A DNA stretch of 64,000 bases, taken from positions 8,617-72,616 of the forward strand of contig JBBRAG010000015.1 of the NCBI GenBank assembly GCA_038206945.1, written 5' to 3'. A program made the position numbers and the translations under genes. This document shows, in pieces, positions 48,625 to 57,956 of this stretch. The DNA comes from Bacteroidia bacterium. GTDB lineage: Bacteria > Bacteroidota > Bacteroidia > B-17B0 > Aurantibacillaceae. Within the stretch, counting starts at the first letter, position 1. Each line of letters opens with the position of its first letter. The notes beneath the pieces are model-generated. The model had not been told where the DNA came from and did not search any database. It worked only from the letters and a program-made list of their open reading frames with translations.

Positions 48625-49047
48625 ATGAGTACAGATAAAAGCATAGAATCATCAAAAGCACCGGAACCGGTTGGTTTATATCCACACGCAAAACGTGTTG
48701 GTAATTTATTGTTTTTAAGTGGTGTTGGTCCGCGCGAACGTGGCACAAAAAAAATACCCGGTGTAGAGTTAGACTCAACAGGAAAAATTATTTCCTACGA
48801 TATTGAAGCGCAATGCCACAGCGTGTTTCGAAACATAAAATATATTTTAGAAGACTCGGGAAGCAGCTGGAATAAAATTGTGGATGTAACTGTTTTCTTA
48901 ACTAACATGAAAGATGATTTTCCTACATACAATAAAATGTGGGCAGAATACTTTAAAGAAAACCCTCCGTGCCGCACTACGATAGAAATTAATTGCCTGC
49001 CAACGCCTATTGCTATTGAATTAAAAGTGATGGCTACTATTGATTAA
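48625..49047 (+). CDS. RidA family protein (possible 2-aminomuconate deaminase-like)
   Basis: APEPVG.YPHA, IVDVTVFL.NM..DF..YN, PCRTT, IELK..A. Confidence 0.88.
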   Translation: MSTDKSIESSKAPEPVGLYPHAKRVGNLLFLSGVGPRERGTKKIPGVELDSTGKIISYDIEAQCHSVFRNIKYILEDSGSSWNKIVDVTVFLTNMKDDFPTYNKMWAEYFKENPPCRTTIEINCLPTPIAIELKVMATID

Positions 49048-49058
49048 TAAAAAGTAAA

Positions 49059-49118
49059 AGCCACAGATTTCACGGATATTAAAAATAACATCTGTGTATA
49101 TCTGCGTAATCTGTGGCT
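49059..49118. repeat. 9-nt periodic palindrome between convergent genes
   Basis: AGCCACAGATTTCACGGAT..ATCTGTGTATATCTGCGTAATCTGTGGCT. Confidence 0.75.
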
Positions 49119-49132
49119 AAAAATAATTGAAC

Positions 49133-50764
49133 CTAATCTGCTTGCAAAAAGGGATAACGAAAATCTACCGCAGGTACAAAGGTTTCTTTAATAGTGCGAG
49201 CCATTGTCCAGCGCAATAAATTAATTTTTGCTCCGGCTTTATCATTTGTTCCACTGCCACGTGCACCACCAAATGGTTGCTGCCCCACTACGGCTCCTGT
49301 ACATTTATCGTTTATATAAAAATTACCTGCGCTGTTTACTAATTTTTTTGTGGCAAGTTCAATAGCATAACGATCTTGAGAGAAGATAGCGCCTGTTAAG
49401 GCGTATATAGAAGTTGAATCAACTATGTCGCAAATCTCTTCAAATTTATTTTCGTCGTACACATAAATAGTAAGCACCGGCCCGAATAACTCTTCGCACA
49501 TGGTTACATATTTTGGGTCTTTTACCAAAATGATTGTCGGCTCAATAAAATAACCTTTGCTCTTATCATAATTTCCACCGGCAACAATCTCTACATTTTT
49601 ATCTGCTTTAGCAGCATCAATATACTTCGCTAGCTTATCAAAACTTTTTTCATCGATAACAGCATTAACAAAGTTTGTAAAATCTTCTGTCGGTCCCATT
49701 TTCATGGCTTTCAAATCAGCCGTAACAAAACCTTTCACTTCATTCCATAAATTAGAAGGAACGTATGCGCGAGAAGCGGCAGAACATTTTTGACCTTGGT
49801 ACTCAAACGCACCTCTGCTAATAGCGGTTGATAAGGCCTTAACATCAGCAGATTTATGACCTAAAATAAAATCTTTACCGCCTGTTTCGCCCACAATGCG
49901 CGGGTAAGAACGGTATTTATGAATGTTGTTACCAATGGTTTGCCAAATGTTTTGAAATACTTCGGTACTTCCGGTAAAATGTATGCCTGCAAAATCTTTG
50001 TGATTAAAAATAATATCGGCAGCATCCGGCCCACTTGGGTAAATTAAATTAATTACACCTGCCGGAACTCCCGCTTCCATAAAAATTTCCATTAATACAT
50101 TGGCCGAATAAACTTGTGTGTTGCTTGGTTTCCAAACAACTACATTGCCCATCATAGCGCAAGAAGTTGGTAAATTACCTGCAATAGCTGTAAAATTGAA
50201 TGGTGTTAACGCATAAACAAAACCTTCTAAAGGGCGCCATTCTAAACGATTCCAAACACCAGGCGATGATTGTGGTTGATCGGCATATATCTCTGTCATG
50301 TATTGTACATTAAAACGCAAAAAATCTATGATCTCACAGGCGCTGTCAATCTCTGCCTGAAACGCATTTTTACTTTGCCCTAACATAGTTGCCGCGTTTA
50401 GCTTTGCACGGTACGGACCTGCAATTAATTCGGCAGCTTTTAAAAAGATGCTTGCACGATGCTCCCAACTTAAATTTGCCCATTGGTCTTTTGCCGCTAA
50501 AGCTGCATTTATGGCTTGGGTTACATGCTCTTTATCGCTTTTATGAAAGTGGCCCAAAGTATGTTTATGATCGTGCGGAGGGGCTATTCTTACTTTGTTA
50601 TTGCCACGAATTTCTTTTCCGCCAATATACATAGGTATATCAAGTTCTTTGCTGCGCAAGTGTTTAAGCATGGCTTGTAACTCAATGCGTTCTGCACTTT
50701 TAGGCGCGTAGTTTTTAATGGGTTCGTTATGTGGGGTGGGTACTTTATAAATTCCTTTAGGCAT
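49133..50764 (-). CDS. pruA: L-glutamate gamma-semialdehyde (P5C) dehydrogenase
   Basis: PFNFTAI, FTGST, GETGGK, EYQGQKCSA, EELFGP, PFGGAR.SGT. Confidence 0.95.
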   Translation of the reverse strand: MPKGIYKVPTPHNEPIKNYAPKSAERIELQAMLKHLRSKELDIPMYIGGKEIRGNNKVRIAPPHDHKHTLGHFHKSDKEHVTQAINAALAAKDQWANLSWEHRASIFLKAAELIAGPYRAKLNAATMLGQSKNAFQAEIDSACEIIDFLRFNVQYMTEIYADQPQSSPGVWNRLEWRPLEGFVYALTPFNFTAIAGNLPTSCAMMGNVVVWKPSNTQVYSANVLMEIFMEAGVPAGVINLIYPSGPDAADIIFNHKDFAGIHFTGSTEVFQNIWQTIGNNIHKYRSYPRIVGETGGKDFILGHKSADVKALSTAISRGAFEYQGQKCSAASRAYVPSNLWNEVKGFVTADLKAMKMGPTEDFTNFVNAVIDEKSFDKLAKYIDAAKADKNVEIVAGGNYDKSKGYFIEPTIILVKDPKYVTMCEELFGPVLTIYVYDENKFEEICDIVDSTSIYALTGAIFSQDRYAIELATKKLVNSAGNFYINDKCTGAVVGQQPFGGARGSGTNDKAGAKINLLRWTMARTIKETFVPAVDFRYPFLQAD

Positions 50765-50781
50765 ACTGATTTTATTTTTTA

Positions 50782-50789
50782 CAAAAGTA
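50782..50789 (-). promoter_or_regulatory. -7 box TACTTTTG for pruA
   Basis: Reverse-strand TAnnTTTG, 17 nt before the ATG. Confidence 0.55.
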
Positions 50790-50860
50790 CGTTTTTACTT
50801 GGTATAGCATTTATGAAACTATGTTTTTGTTTATCACCTTTAATATGTTTTTAATAGATT

Positions 50861-50887
50861 GAGATGCTGAAACAAGTTTAGCATGAC
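50861..50887. repeat. solo right arm of GTCATGCTG-type REP
   Basis: GAGATGCTGAAACAAGTTTAGCATGAC, near reverse complement of 47157-47183. Confidence 0.7.
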
Positions 50888-50899
50888 GATAGTGTATTT

Positions 50900-50989
50900 G
50901 CGTTAGGGATGCGGCAAGAAAGCCTTTTTAAGTACTCTTAAAAAGCTTTACTGCGGGCAGCCCGCCGGCAGTAACCTGCCGGAACGCCC
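50900..50989 (-). ncRNA. structured repeat copy 3 (shortest)
   Basis: Plus strand GCGTTAGGGATGCGGCAAGAAAGCCTTTTT..AAAAAGCTTTACTGCGGGCAGCCCGCCGGCAG-TAAC-CTGCCGGAACGCCC. Confidence 0.65.
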
Positions 50990-51001
50990 ATATACAAATA
51001 A

Positions 51002-54000
51002 TTAAAACGCCCTGCTGATGCCTATTACACAACGGAAGCCAAAGTAATTACTTTCTACATAAGGCAGGCGGTTTATAAGCAGCGGAAAATCTGCACGGAT
51101 GGCTAATGGTTTTAGTTTTTGCAACTTTCCCCATTTTTGTATGGTAAGTGTGGTGCCTACGCCGGCATCTGCTATGATGCCTGATAGTTTAAATGCCTGG
51201 TAATTAAAGTTGGTATTTATTACGCCGGCATCGCCAAACAAGTAAGCCCCAAAGGCAAGTGTTTGTTTGGTTGCTTTAGCTATGAAAGAAAAATATTTAC
51301 TAAAATCTAACTCGCCGTTAATTGCGCCGCCGCTGGTGCCTTTGTAATTAAAATGATAAAGTCCGTTGGCATCAACCGTTGGCAATAAATAACCCATATA
51401 GCCGCGCAGGTTTAAGCCGCCGCCCGCCGCAAAGTTTGCGTTGGTGGTGTTGTTGCCAAAACTAAAGGGTTGAAAGATGCCCATAGCGCGCGTAAATTTA
51501 CTATCCATCAAATCTTCTGGGTTAGCACCTGCCGCGTATAGCATAGATTCTGAAGGAATATTATTACCTCTACCGTACTGTACAAACACACGGGTATGTA
51601 AACCTATTTTGCCAAAATAAGTTTTGTTTACGGCGGTAAATGTGGCGGCAGAGTAATCATAATCTCCTAAAAAAGGCGCGCGTACATTAAAGTTTATAAA
51701 CCCAATACCCCTTTTATAATTATAGTTATGATCTATGCCGAATGAAGCATAACTGTTTAATTGTTTTACGCTGCTCCATTGATTTTTATATATCAAATAG
51801 TTGAGTGAATTAGTATCATAACGCTCCATAGCTTTTAGCTGAACATAAAAACGTGTTTTTTCATTATTGCTTTTTCTATCGAAACCTACCATGGCAGAAG
51901 CCAGTCCGTCTAGCGATTTAATGGTTGTATAAATACTGGATTTTTTCATGAACTTATCCGTAGCTGTTTTATAAGTAAACAAAAACGAAATAGGATCATG
52001 GCTGTTTACAGATGCTCTCTTAGGAAGGAACGCCTGCCCTACCCCGGTATTTAACCAACAAGTAAAATCAAAAATATTTTTGTAGTTCATATAGTTGCCG
52101 TTAACATTAACGCCAACTTTAATACCATCATAACCATTATACCAAAGCGCTGGCCTAAGGAAAGCCTGGTATTTGTTTCTATTTGGCGGGTTGGCTATTT
52201 TAGAATCAAATGGCAAAGATATCTTACGATGTGCGGCATTATTCATCGGGTTAATATCAGGCATAACATGCGCAGTATCTATAAAAACATTTTTAATTTT
52301 ATTACCCGCGGGAATAGTAACCGTTGCTGTATAAGTTGGCTTTACTTTATCCCAACCTATCCAACGTGGTAGAATGGTAGCACTTGTCTTTTTTTCGTAC
52401 CAGGTATTTGGAATATAAAAATTTAATCTTTCGTTGGTAGAAGTTTCCACCGTAAAATCTATCGGCATTTGCATACGGCCTTTTCGTTTAAAAGTTATAG
52501 CGTATTGATTGGAGTCGCCTTTTACTTTTTTTACTTTGCCAACTGCATAATCAATGGTCTTTGAGGTTTCTAACCATTCATCAAAAAACCAATTAAGATC
52601 ATTATGTGTAAAATTTATAATAGATGCTCTGAAATCTTCGGGGTACGGATGACAGAATTTCCATTGATCGAAATAGTGTTGCATAGCCGCTTTAAACATA
52701 TCATTACCCAATACGTAACGTAAATTGTAAAGCATAACCACGGTTTTGGTATAAACTTGGCCGTAGCCACCACCGTGTAAGATAGCGCCATTAAAATAAT
52801 CGCTATGTGTATTTAAGGTTGTTTCGCTGCCATGTAAAGCTTCGTTAAAATAACTAAGGTATGCGTTGGTTTCTCTGTAATAAACCGAATCAGTATGATT
52901 ACGCACATAGGCACTTTTTACTTTTGGATAGATGTTGTATTTGCCCTGTATATTCTCCCAACCATCGCAGGTATAAAAATGTGTAAAGCCTTCATCTAAA
53001 AAAGCACGATATGTTTCATTACTGCCTACCATACCGAAGAACCAGTTATGCGAAATTTCATGAATGAACAATCCTCGGTAACCTGGGTCAGAGCCACCAT
53101 CAAGAGTTATCATCGGGTATTCCATTCCATCATCGGCATCAGCGGCAATCATTTTAGGATAACCGTACTCGCCAATATTTTTAGAATTATTTTCTATGAT
53201 CTTAGCCACATAAGCAGCGGCGTTTTGCCAGGCACCTGCATGTTGCTCTTGCGCCAAGGCAATGCAATGCACATCTTTATACATAACTTCTGCAATGCGA
53301 TAGGTAGGATCAAATGTGTACGCGACATCATGTACATTGATAGCATTGAATACCCATGTTTTATAGGTGCCATTCGGCGTTATCATTTCAGCAGGAGCCG
53401 AGTTAAAAGGTTTTTTAGCGAAGTTGGAAATATCTAGTTTCTGACGAAGATCTCCGGGAAACATTTCTTTTTCATTTTGCAAAACACCTGTTCCATCACA
53501 AATGTATTGATTAGGCAAAGAAAGTTCTATGTGATACGATCCAAAATCACCATAAAATTCATGATCCATGTGTTGATCCGTATTCCAACCTTGTTTTTTA
53601 TCATAGACAGAAATACGCGGGTACCAATGCGCCAAATTAAAATGTTTGTACCCAAACGAACCATATAATTTCATGCGGTTACGTATAGCTTCGTCATCAA
53701 AATAAGTTTTAAATTTTATGTTTAATGTTGTTGATTCGCCTGGTTTTAAAGGTGTTTGCAGCCAAACCTTCATTACACTGTTATCTACTTCGGTTTTTAA
53801 ATCTTGTCCGTTTATGGTAATGCTTTCTACGTTAGTACCCAAGCCTGCGGCGCGATATTTACCATAATGAAGATCTATATCATTGTTCTTATAAAGATCG
53901 CTTAAATACGAGTTTTTAGTTTGCGCGTTGCTATATAAATGAAAAAAGACAAACGGCAATTCATCTGGAGAGTTATTAAAATAAGTGAGTGTTTCATCTC

Positions 54001-54199
54001 CGGAAACAATATTTAGGCTATCGGTTAATTTTGCTTTGATGTTATAGTCTACATCCTGCTGCCAGTAACCCTCGTAAGGCTTGCGGTTTTTCCAGTAATA
54101 TTTATTGGAAGCAGAACGATATTCTTCTGTTTGCGCATAGCTCATCCCAGCCTTCCCAAGAGGAAGGAGTAATAGCAGTAAAAAATATTTTTTAATCAT
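51002..54199 (-). CDS. M1 family aminopeptidase fused to Omp85-like C-terminal beta-barrel
   Basis: GMEYP, HEISH-x18-E; C-terminal GGGLNLRGY, FGDAG, DAGVG, IRADFP, terminal F. Start ATG 54199 follows -7 box 54206-54213. Confidence 0.85.
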   Translation of the reverse strand: MIKKYFLLLLLLPLGKAGMSYAQTEEYRSASNKYYWKNRKPYEGYWQQDVDYNIKAKLTDSLNIVSGDETLTYFNNSPDELPFVFFHLYSNAQTKNSYLSDLYKNNDIDLHYGKYRAAGLGTNVESITINGQDLKTEVDNSVMKVWLQTPLKPGESTTLNIKFKTYFDDEAIRNRMKLYGSFGYKHFNLAHWYPRISVYDKKQGWNTDQHMDHEFYGDFGSYHIELSLPNQYICDGTGVLQNEKEMFPGDLRQKLDISNFAKKPFNSAPAEMITPNGTYKTWVFNAINVHDVAYTFDPTYRIAEVMYKDVHCIALAQEQHAGAWQNAAAYVAKIIENNSKNIGEYGYPKMIAADADDGMEYPMITLDGGSDPGYRGLFIHEISHNWFFGMVGSNETYRAFLDEGFTHFYTCDGWENIQGKYNIYPKVKSAYVRNHTDSVYYRETNAYLSYFNEALHGSETTLNTHSDYFNGAILHGGGYGQVYTKTVVMLYNLRYVLGNDMFKAAMQHYFDQWKFCHPYPEDFRASIINFTHNDLNWFFDEWLETSKTIDYAVGKVKKVKGDSNQYAITFKRKGRMQMPIDFTVETSTNERLNFYIPNTWYEKKTSATILPRWIGWDKVKPTYTATVTIPAGNKIKNVFIDTAHVMPDINPMNNAAHRKISLPFDSKIANPPNRNKYQAFLRPALWYNGYDGIKVGVNVNGNYMNYKNIFDFTCWLNTGVGQAFLPKRASVNSHDPISFLFTYKTATDKFMKKSSIYTTIKSLDGLASAMVGFDRKSNNEKTRFYVQLKAMERYDTNSLNYLIYKNQWSSVKQLNSYASFGIDHNYNYKRGIGFINFNVRAPFLGDYDYSAATFTAVNKTYFGKIGLHTRVFVQYGRGNNIPSESMLYAAGANPEDLMDSKFTRAMGIFQPFSFGNNTTNANFAAGGGLNLRGYMGYLLPTVDANGLYHFNYKGTSGGAINGELDFSKYFSFIAKATKQTLAFGAYLFGDAGVINTNFNYQAFKLSGIIADAGVGTTLTIQKWGKLQKLKPLAIRADFPLLINRLPYVESNYFGFRCVIGISRAF

Positions 54200-54205
54200 G
54201 ATGTT

Positions 54206-54213
54206 CAAAGATA
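54206..54213 (-). promoter_or_regulatory. -7 box TATCTTTG
   Basis: Overlaps the track's TTG start at 54208. Confidence 0.55.
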
Positions 54214-54286
54214 AAATATTTTACTGATTGAGAATATGTGCTATAAAAAACAAGTTAGCCTCTAAAATATAACCTACCAAAAGAAA

Positions 54287-55060
54287 TTAAATGCCTTTTA
54301 CAATGCCTTCTTTTTCGTTACGAATAAAATTAAGTATCTGTGTGCGCTCAGCAGAATCAGGGCATTCGGCTTCCACTGCATCTATCGCTTTAGATAAGCT
54401 ATAGCCGCGCACAAAAATAATTCGGTAAATATCTTCGATATTTTTAATACTTTCTTTAGATAATCCTCTTCGGGTTAAGCCAACAATGTTTACCCCGATA
54501 TATTGTAATGGTTCGCGTGCGCATCTAATAAATGGGGGAACACTTTTGCGTATTAAAGAACCGCCAGCTATAAAGCAATGTGCGCCTATAGTTATAAATT
54601 GCTGAGTGCCGCTAAGGCCTTCTATAATGGCATAATCCTCTACAGTTACGTGGCCCGTAATGCCGGTATAATTTGCAATGATAACATGGTTGCCCACCAA
54701 ACTATCATGTGCCAAGTGCGCGTATGCCATAACGAGGCAGTTATCGCCCACACGAGTTTCCATTTTATCTACAGTACCTTTGTTTATAGTAACATATTCT
54801 CTTATAATAGTGTGGTTACCAATAATGGTTAAACTAGGTTCTCCTTTATATTTAAGATCTTGAGGGGTACCACTAATAACAGCTCCCGGAAATATCTTGC
54901 AGTCGGTGCCAATTCGTGCACCATCCATAATAACGGCATTAGGACCTACCCAGGTATTATCGCCAATAATAACATCGGCGGAAATGCTTGTAAAAGGTTC
55001 TATGGTAACATTTTTGCCAAGTTGTGCATTGGGGTGGATGTGTGCAAGTTTTGAGATCAT
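54287..55060 (-). CDS. lpxA: UDP-N-acetylglucosamine acyltransferase
   Basis: Hexapeptide repeats, PQDLKY.GE, AYAHLAHD. Confidence 0.95.
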   Translation of the reverse strand: MISKLAHIHPNAQLGKNVTIEPFTSISADVIIGDNTWVGPNAVIMDGARIGTDCKIFPGAVISGTPQDLKYKGEPSLTIIGNHTIIREYVTINKGTVDKMETRVGDNCLVMAYAHLAHDSLVGNHVIIANYTGITGHVTVEDYAIIEGLSGTQQFITIGAHCFIAGGSLIRKSVPPFIRCAREPLQYIGVNIVGLTRRGLSKESIKNIEDIYRIIFVRGYSLSKAIDAVEAECPDSAERTQILNFIRNEKEGIVKGI

Positions 55061-55066
55061 ATACAA

Positions 55067-56497
55067 TTAAGCGTTTTGTGCTTTAGAAACTTTTTTTTCT
55101 AGCCCGCGTACTTTAACTATTTGCGCCATAAGATCTGCTTCAGCTACCATTTTATTGCCTACATACGCAGCGCCTTTCATGTGGCATAAACCTCGGCGAA
55201 TAGGCTCTGCTAGCTCCATTCGAAAAACAACGGTATCACCCGGGACAACCTTTTGTTTGAACTTAGCACTTTCTATTTTTACAAAATACGTTTGGTAATT
55301 TTCAGGATCCGGAACCGTTTTCAGGCAAAGAATACCTCCTGTTTGCGCTAAGGCTTCAATGATAAGAACACCCGGCATTACGGGCTCGTCAGGAAAATGC
55401 CCCTGACACCAAAACTCATTTATGGTAACATTTTTTACGCCTATTACGTACTCGTTTGTAAGTTCCATGATCTTATCTACCAATAAGAACGGGTAACGAT
55501 GTGGCAACACTTTCATCAAATCGGTAGAAGTATATACAGGCGTTGCTGACAGATCTAAACGCGGCAGGTTACCCTCGCGTCTTTCTTTTTTAATAAGTTC
55601 TTTTATTTTTTTAGCGAACTCTACGTTGCCAGCATGCCCGGGACGTGCCGCTAAGACGTGTATCTTTAAAGGACGACCAACCAAGGCAAGATCGCCAACA
55701 ATATCTAATAATTTATGCCTCGCGGGTTCATTATAAAAATGCAACTTGGTATTGTTTAGAACTCCACGCCCTTTAACTTCCATGTTTTCTTTATGAAATA
55801 CTTTACGCAGGTAATCAAGTTTATCTTCCGGCACTTCTTTATCAACCAATACAATGGCGTTATCTAGATCTCCGCCTTTAATTAAATTGTGCTGCAACAA
55901 CATTTCAAGTTCATGCAAAAAAACAAAAGTGCGGCAACGTGATATTTCGTTTTTAAATTCCTGCAAGTTATACATACCTGCGTGTTGTGTGCCCAACACT
56001 TCGCTGTTATAATCAACCATTACAGTCGCGCGAAAAGTCTCCTGCGGCACAGCCAGCATCTCTACCTTTTTGATCGGGTCTTCGAAAGAAAGATTTTCTT
56101 TAAGGATAAAATATTCTCTCTCTGCGTTCTGCTCAACAATTTCTGCGGCTTCTAATGCTTCTATAAATTTTATAGAACTACCATCCATTATGGGCATTTC
56201 AGGCGCATCCACTTGTATCAGGCAATTATCAATTTCTAATCCGCGCAGGGCAGCTAACACATGCTCGGTGGTGTAAACACGCGCGCCGTTTTGCTCTAAA
56301 GTTGTACCACGAGATGTATCAACTACCAGATCAGCATCCGCATCAATAGTTGGTTTGCCATCTAAATCAGTTCGTTGAAATTTATACCAATGATTTTCGG
56401 GTGCTGGATTAAAGGTAATGGTAACTTTTTTGCCGGTATGTAAGCCTACGCCCGTAAGCGAAACAGCTTTTTTTATAGTACATTGTTTATCGCTCAT
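55067..56497 (-). CDS. lpxC/fabZ: bifunctional LpxC/FabZ
   Basis: TTEHVLAA, HKLLD.VGDL; C-terminal LPHRYPFLLVD, GHFP..PVMPGVL. Confidence 0.96.
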   Translation of the reverse strand: MSDKQCTIKKAVSLTGVGLHTGKKVTITFNPAPENHWYKFQRTDLDGKPTIDADADLVVDTSRGTTLEQNGARVYTTEHVLAALRGLEIDNCLIQVDAPEMPIMDGSSIKFIEALEAAEIVEQNAEREYFILKENLSFEDPIKKVEMLAVPQETFRATVMVDYNSEVLGTQHAGMYNLQEFKNEISRCRTFVFLHELEMLLQHNLIKGGDLDNAIVLVDKEVPEDKLDYLRKVFHKENMEVKGRGVLNNTKLHFYNEPARHKLLDIVGDLALVGRPLKIHVLAARPGHAGNVEFAKKIKELIKKERREGNLPRLDLSATPVYTSTDLMKVLPHRYPFLLVDKIMELTNEYVIGVKNVTINEFWCQGHFPDEPVMPGVLIIEALAQTGGILCLKTVPDPENYQTYFVKIESAKFKQKVVPGDTVVFRMELAEPIRRGLCHMKGAAYVGNKMVAEADLMAQIVKVRGLEKKVSKAQNA

Positions 56498-56503
56498 GTC
56501 AGC

Positions 56504-57541
56504 TTATTTGTTTATGCTTAATTGTTTTTCTAATTCACTTATTTTTTGTGCGAGCTTTGGCAGTTTTCTAAAGATAACGAAGCTTCTTTGAAAATCAAGG
56601 TACGGCATAGCCGGAGATCCCTGCCAAGCTTCACCTTCGTTTTTAATACTATTGCCTATGCCTGTTTGGCCGGCAATTTTTACACCGTCGGCAATTTTTA
56701 AATGACCAATAATGCCTGCTTGTCCGCCTATCATACAATTTTTTCCAATTTTTGTAGAGCCCGCTATAGAAGCACTCGCCGCTATAACCGTATTTTCTCC
56801 TATTTCAACGTTATGTGCTATTTGTATTAAATTATCAAGCTTAACGCCTTTACGAATAATGGTTGAACCGAGCGTAGCGCGATCTATTGTAGTGTTAGAG
56901 CCTATTTCAACATGGTCTTCGATAATTACATTGCCTATTTGCGGAATTTTTTTGTAGTTATTTTCGCTGTTCGGCGCAAACCCAAAACCATCTGCTCCAA
57001 TAACAACGCCCGCGTGTAGGGTACAATGCGCGCCAATAAAACAATCACTATAAATTTTAGCGCCAGCGTAAATGGTGGTATTATCGGCAATTTTACAATT
57101 ATCGCCTACAAAAGCATGCGGGTAAATTTTTACATGGTTGCCTAATACCACATTCTCGCCAATGTACGCAAAGGCTGCTACATAACAATCGTTTCCAAGT
57201 TTGGCGGTTTGTGCAATGTAAGAAGGTTGTTCAATGCCTTTTTTATTATTCTTAACCTGATTATACATTTCAAGCAGTTGCGCAAAACACGCATAAGCAT
57301 CATCTACCCGAATTAATGTACAGCTTGATTTTACAGGCTTTTCAAGTTGCATGTTTTTATTTAAAATAACAATAGAAGCATCGGTAGTGTATATGTATTG
57401 AGCATATTGCGGGTTTCCTAAAAAAGAAAGTGTTTCGGCTTTTCCGTCTTCTATCTTAGAAAGATTGCTGACAAATACGTTCGCGTCTCCTTCAATAGTT
57501 CCGTTTAAAAGTGCAGCAATTTGTGAGGCAGAAAATTTCAT
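56504..57541 (-). CDS. lpxD: UDP-3-O-acylglucosamine N-acyltransferase
   Basis: Start MKFSASQIA at 57541; [24 protein letters not shown]. Confidence 0.95.
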   Translation of the reverse strand: MKFSASQIAALLNGTIEGDANVFVSNLSKIEDGKAETLSFLGNPQYAQYIYTTDASIVILNKNMQLEKPVKSSCTLIRVDDAYACFAQLLEMYNQVKNNKKGIEQPSYIAQTAKLGNDCYVAAFAYIGENVVLGNHVKIYPHAFVGDNCKIADNTTIYAGAKIYSDCFIGAHCTLHAGVVIGADGFGFAPNSENNYKKIPQIGNVIIEDHVEIGSNTTIDRATLGSTIIRKGVKLDNLIQIAHNVEIGENTVIAASASIAGSTKIGKNCMIGGQAGIIGHLKIADGVKIAGQTGIGNSIKNEGEAWQGSPAMPYLDFQRSFVIFRKLPKLAQKISELEKQLSINK

Positions 57542-57574
57542 TATAAACTTTTTACGAGATAACGATTTAACCCC

Positions 57575-57582
57575 CAAATTTA
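57575..57582 (-). promoter_or_regulatory. -7 box TAAATTTG for lpxD operon
   Basis: Reverse-strand TAnnTTTG upstream of 57541. Confidence 0.5.
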
Positions 57583-57644
57583 AAAAAAATACGCTTGTTT
57601 GCGCTAAAAAAGCGACTTTTACACTAAAATTAAATAACAATGCT

Positions 57645-57956
57645 ATGTTTGGAAAATTAGGTGATATGATGGGCAAGCTTGCTGAAGTGAAACAAAAAAT
57701 AGAAGAAATAAAAATAGGGCTTGAGGCCAAAACCATACATGTTAGTGGCGCAGGTGGAGATATTAAAATCACCATGAACGGAAACAAAAAGCTGCTAAGC
57801 CTTGAAATTGCTGATGCGTTGCAACACGGCGCTAAAGAAGAGTTACAAAAGCAACTACTGCTTACCTTTAATAACGCGGTTACCGAAGCCGATAAAGTTA
57901 GCGCCGATGAAATGAAAAAGGTAGCCGGCGGAATGATTCCTCCGGGGTTGATTTAG
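57645..57956 (+). CDS. YbaB/EbfC family nucleoid-associated protein
   Basis: [10 protein letters not shown]...Q..., G.GG.I.IT.NG.K....EI; start ATG 57645. Confidence 0.88.
   Translation: MFGKLGDMMGKLAEVKQKIEEIKIGLEAKTIHVSGAGGDIKITMNGNKKLLSLEIADALQHGAKEELQKQLLLTFNNAVTEADKVSADEMKKVAGGMIPPGLI

Noticed and set aside
14600-50989. Repeats as CRISPR, attC/integron or IS ends
   Set aside because: No regularly spaced direct-repeat array, no cas, integrase or transposase gene, and no target-site duplications seen.
55067-56497. lpxC-fabZ fusion as a novelty
   Set aside because: Standard in Bacteroidota.
57465-57787. Long 5' extensions giving a 427-aa LpxD and a 163-aa EbfC that overlap each other
   Set aside because: Mutual antisense shadows; true starts are 57541 (minus) and 57645 (plus).
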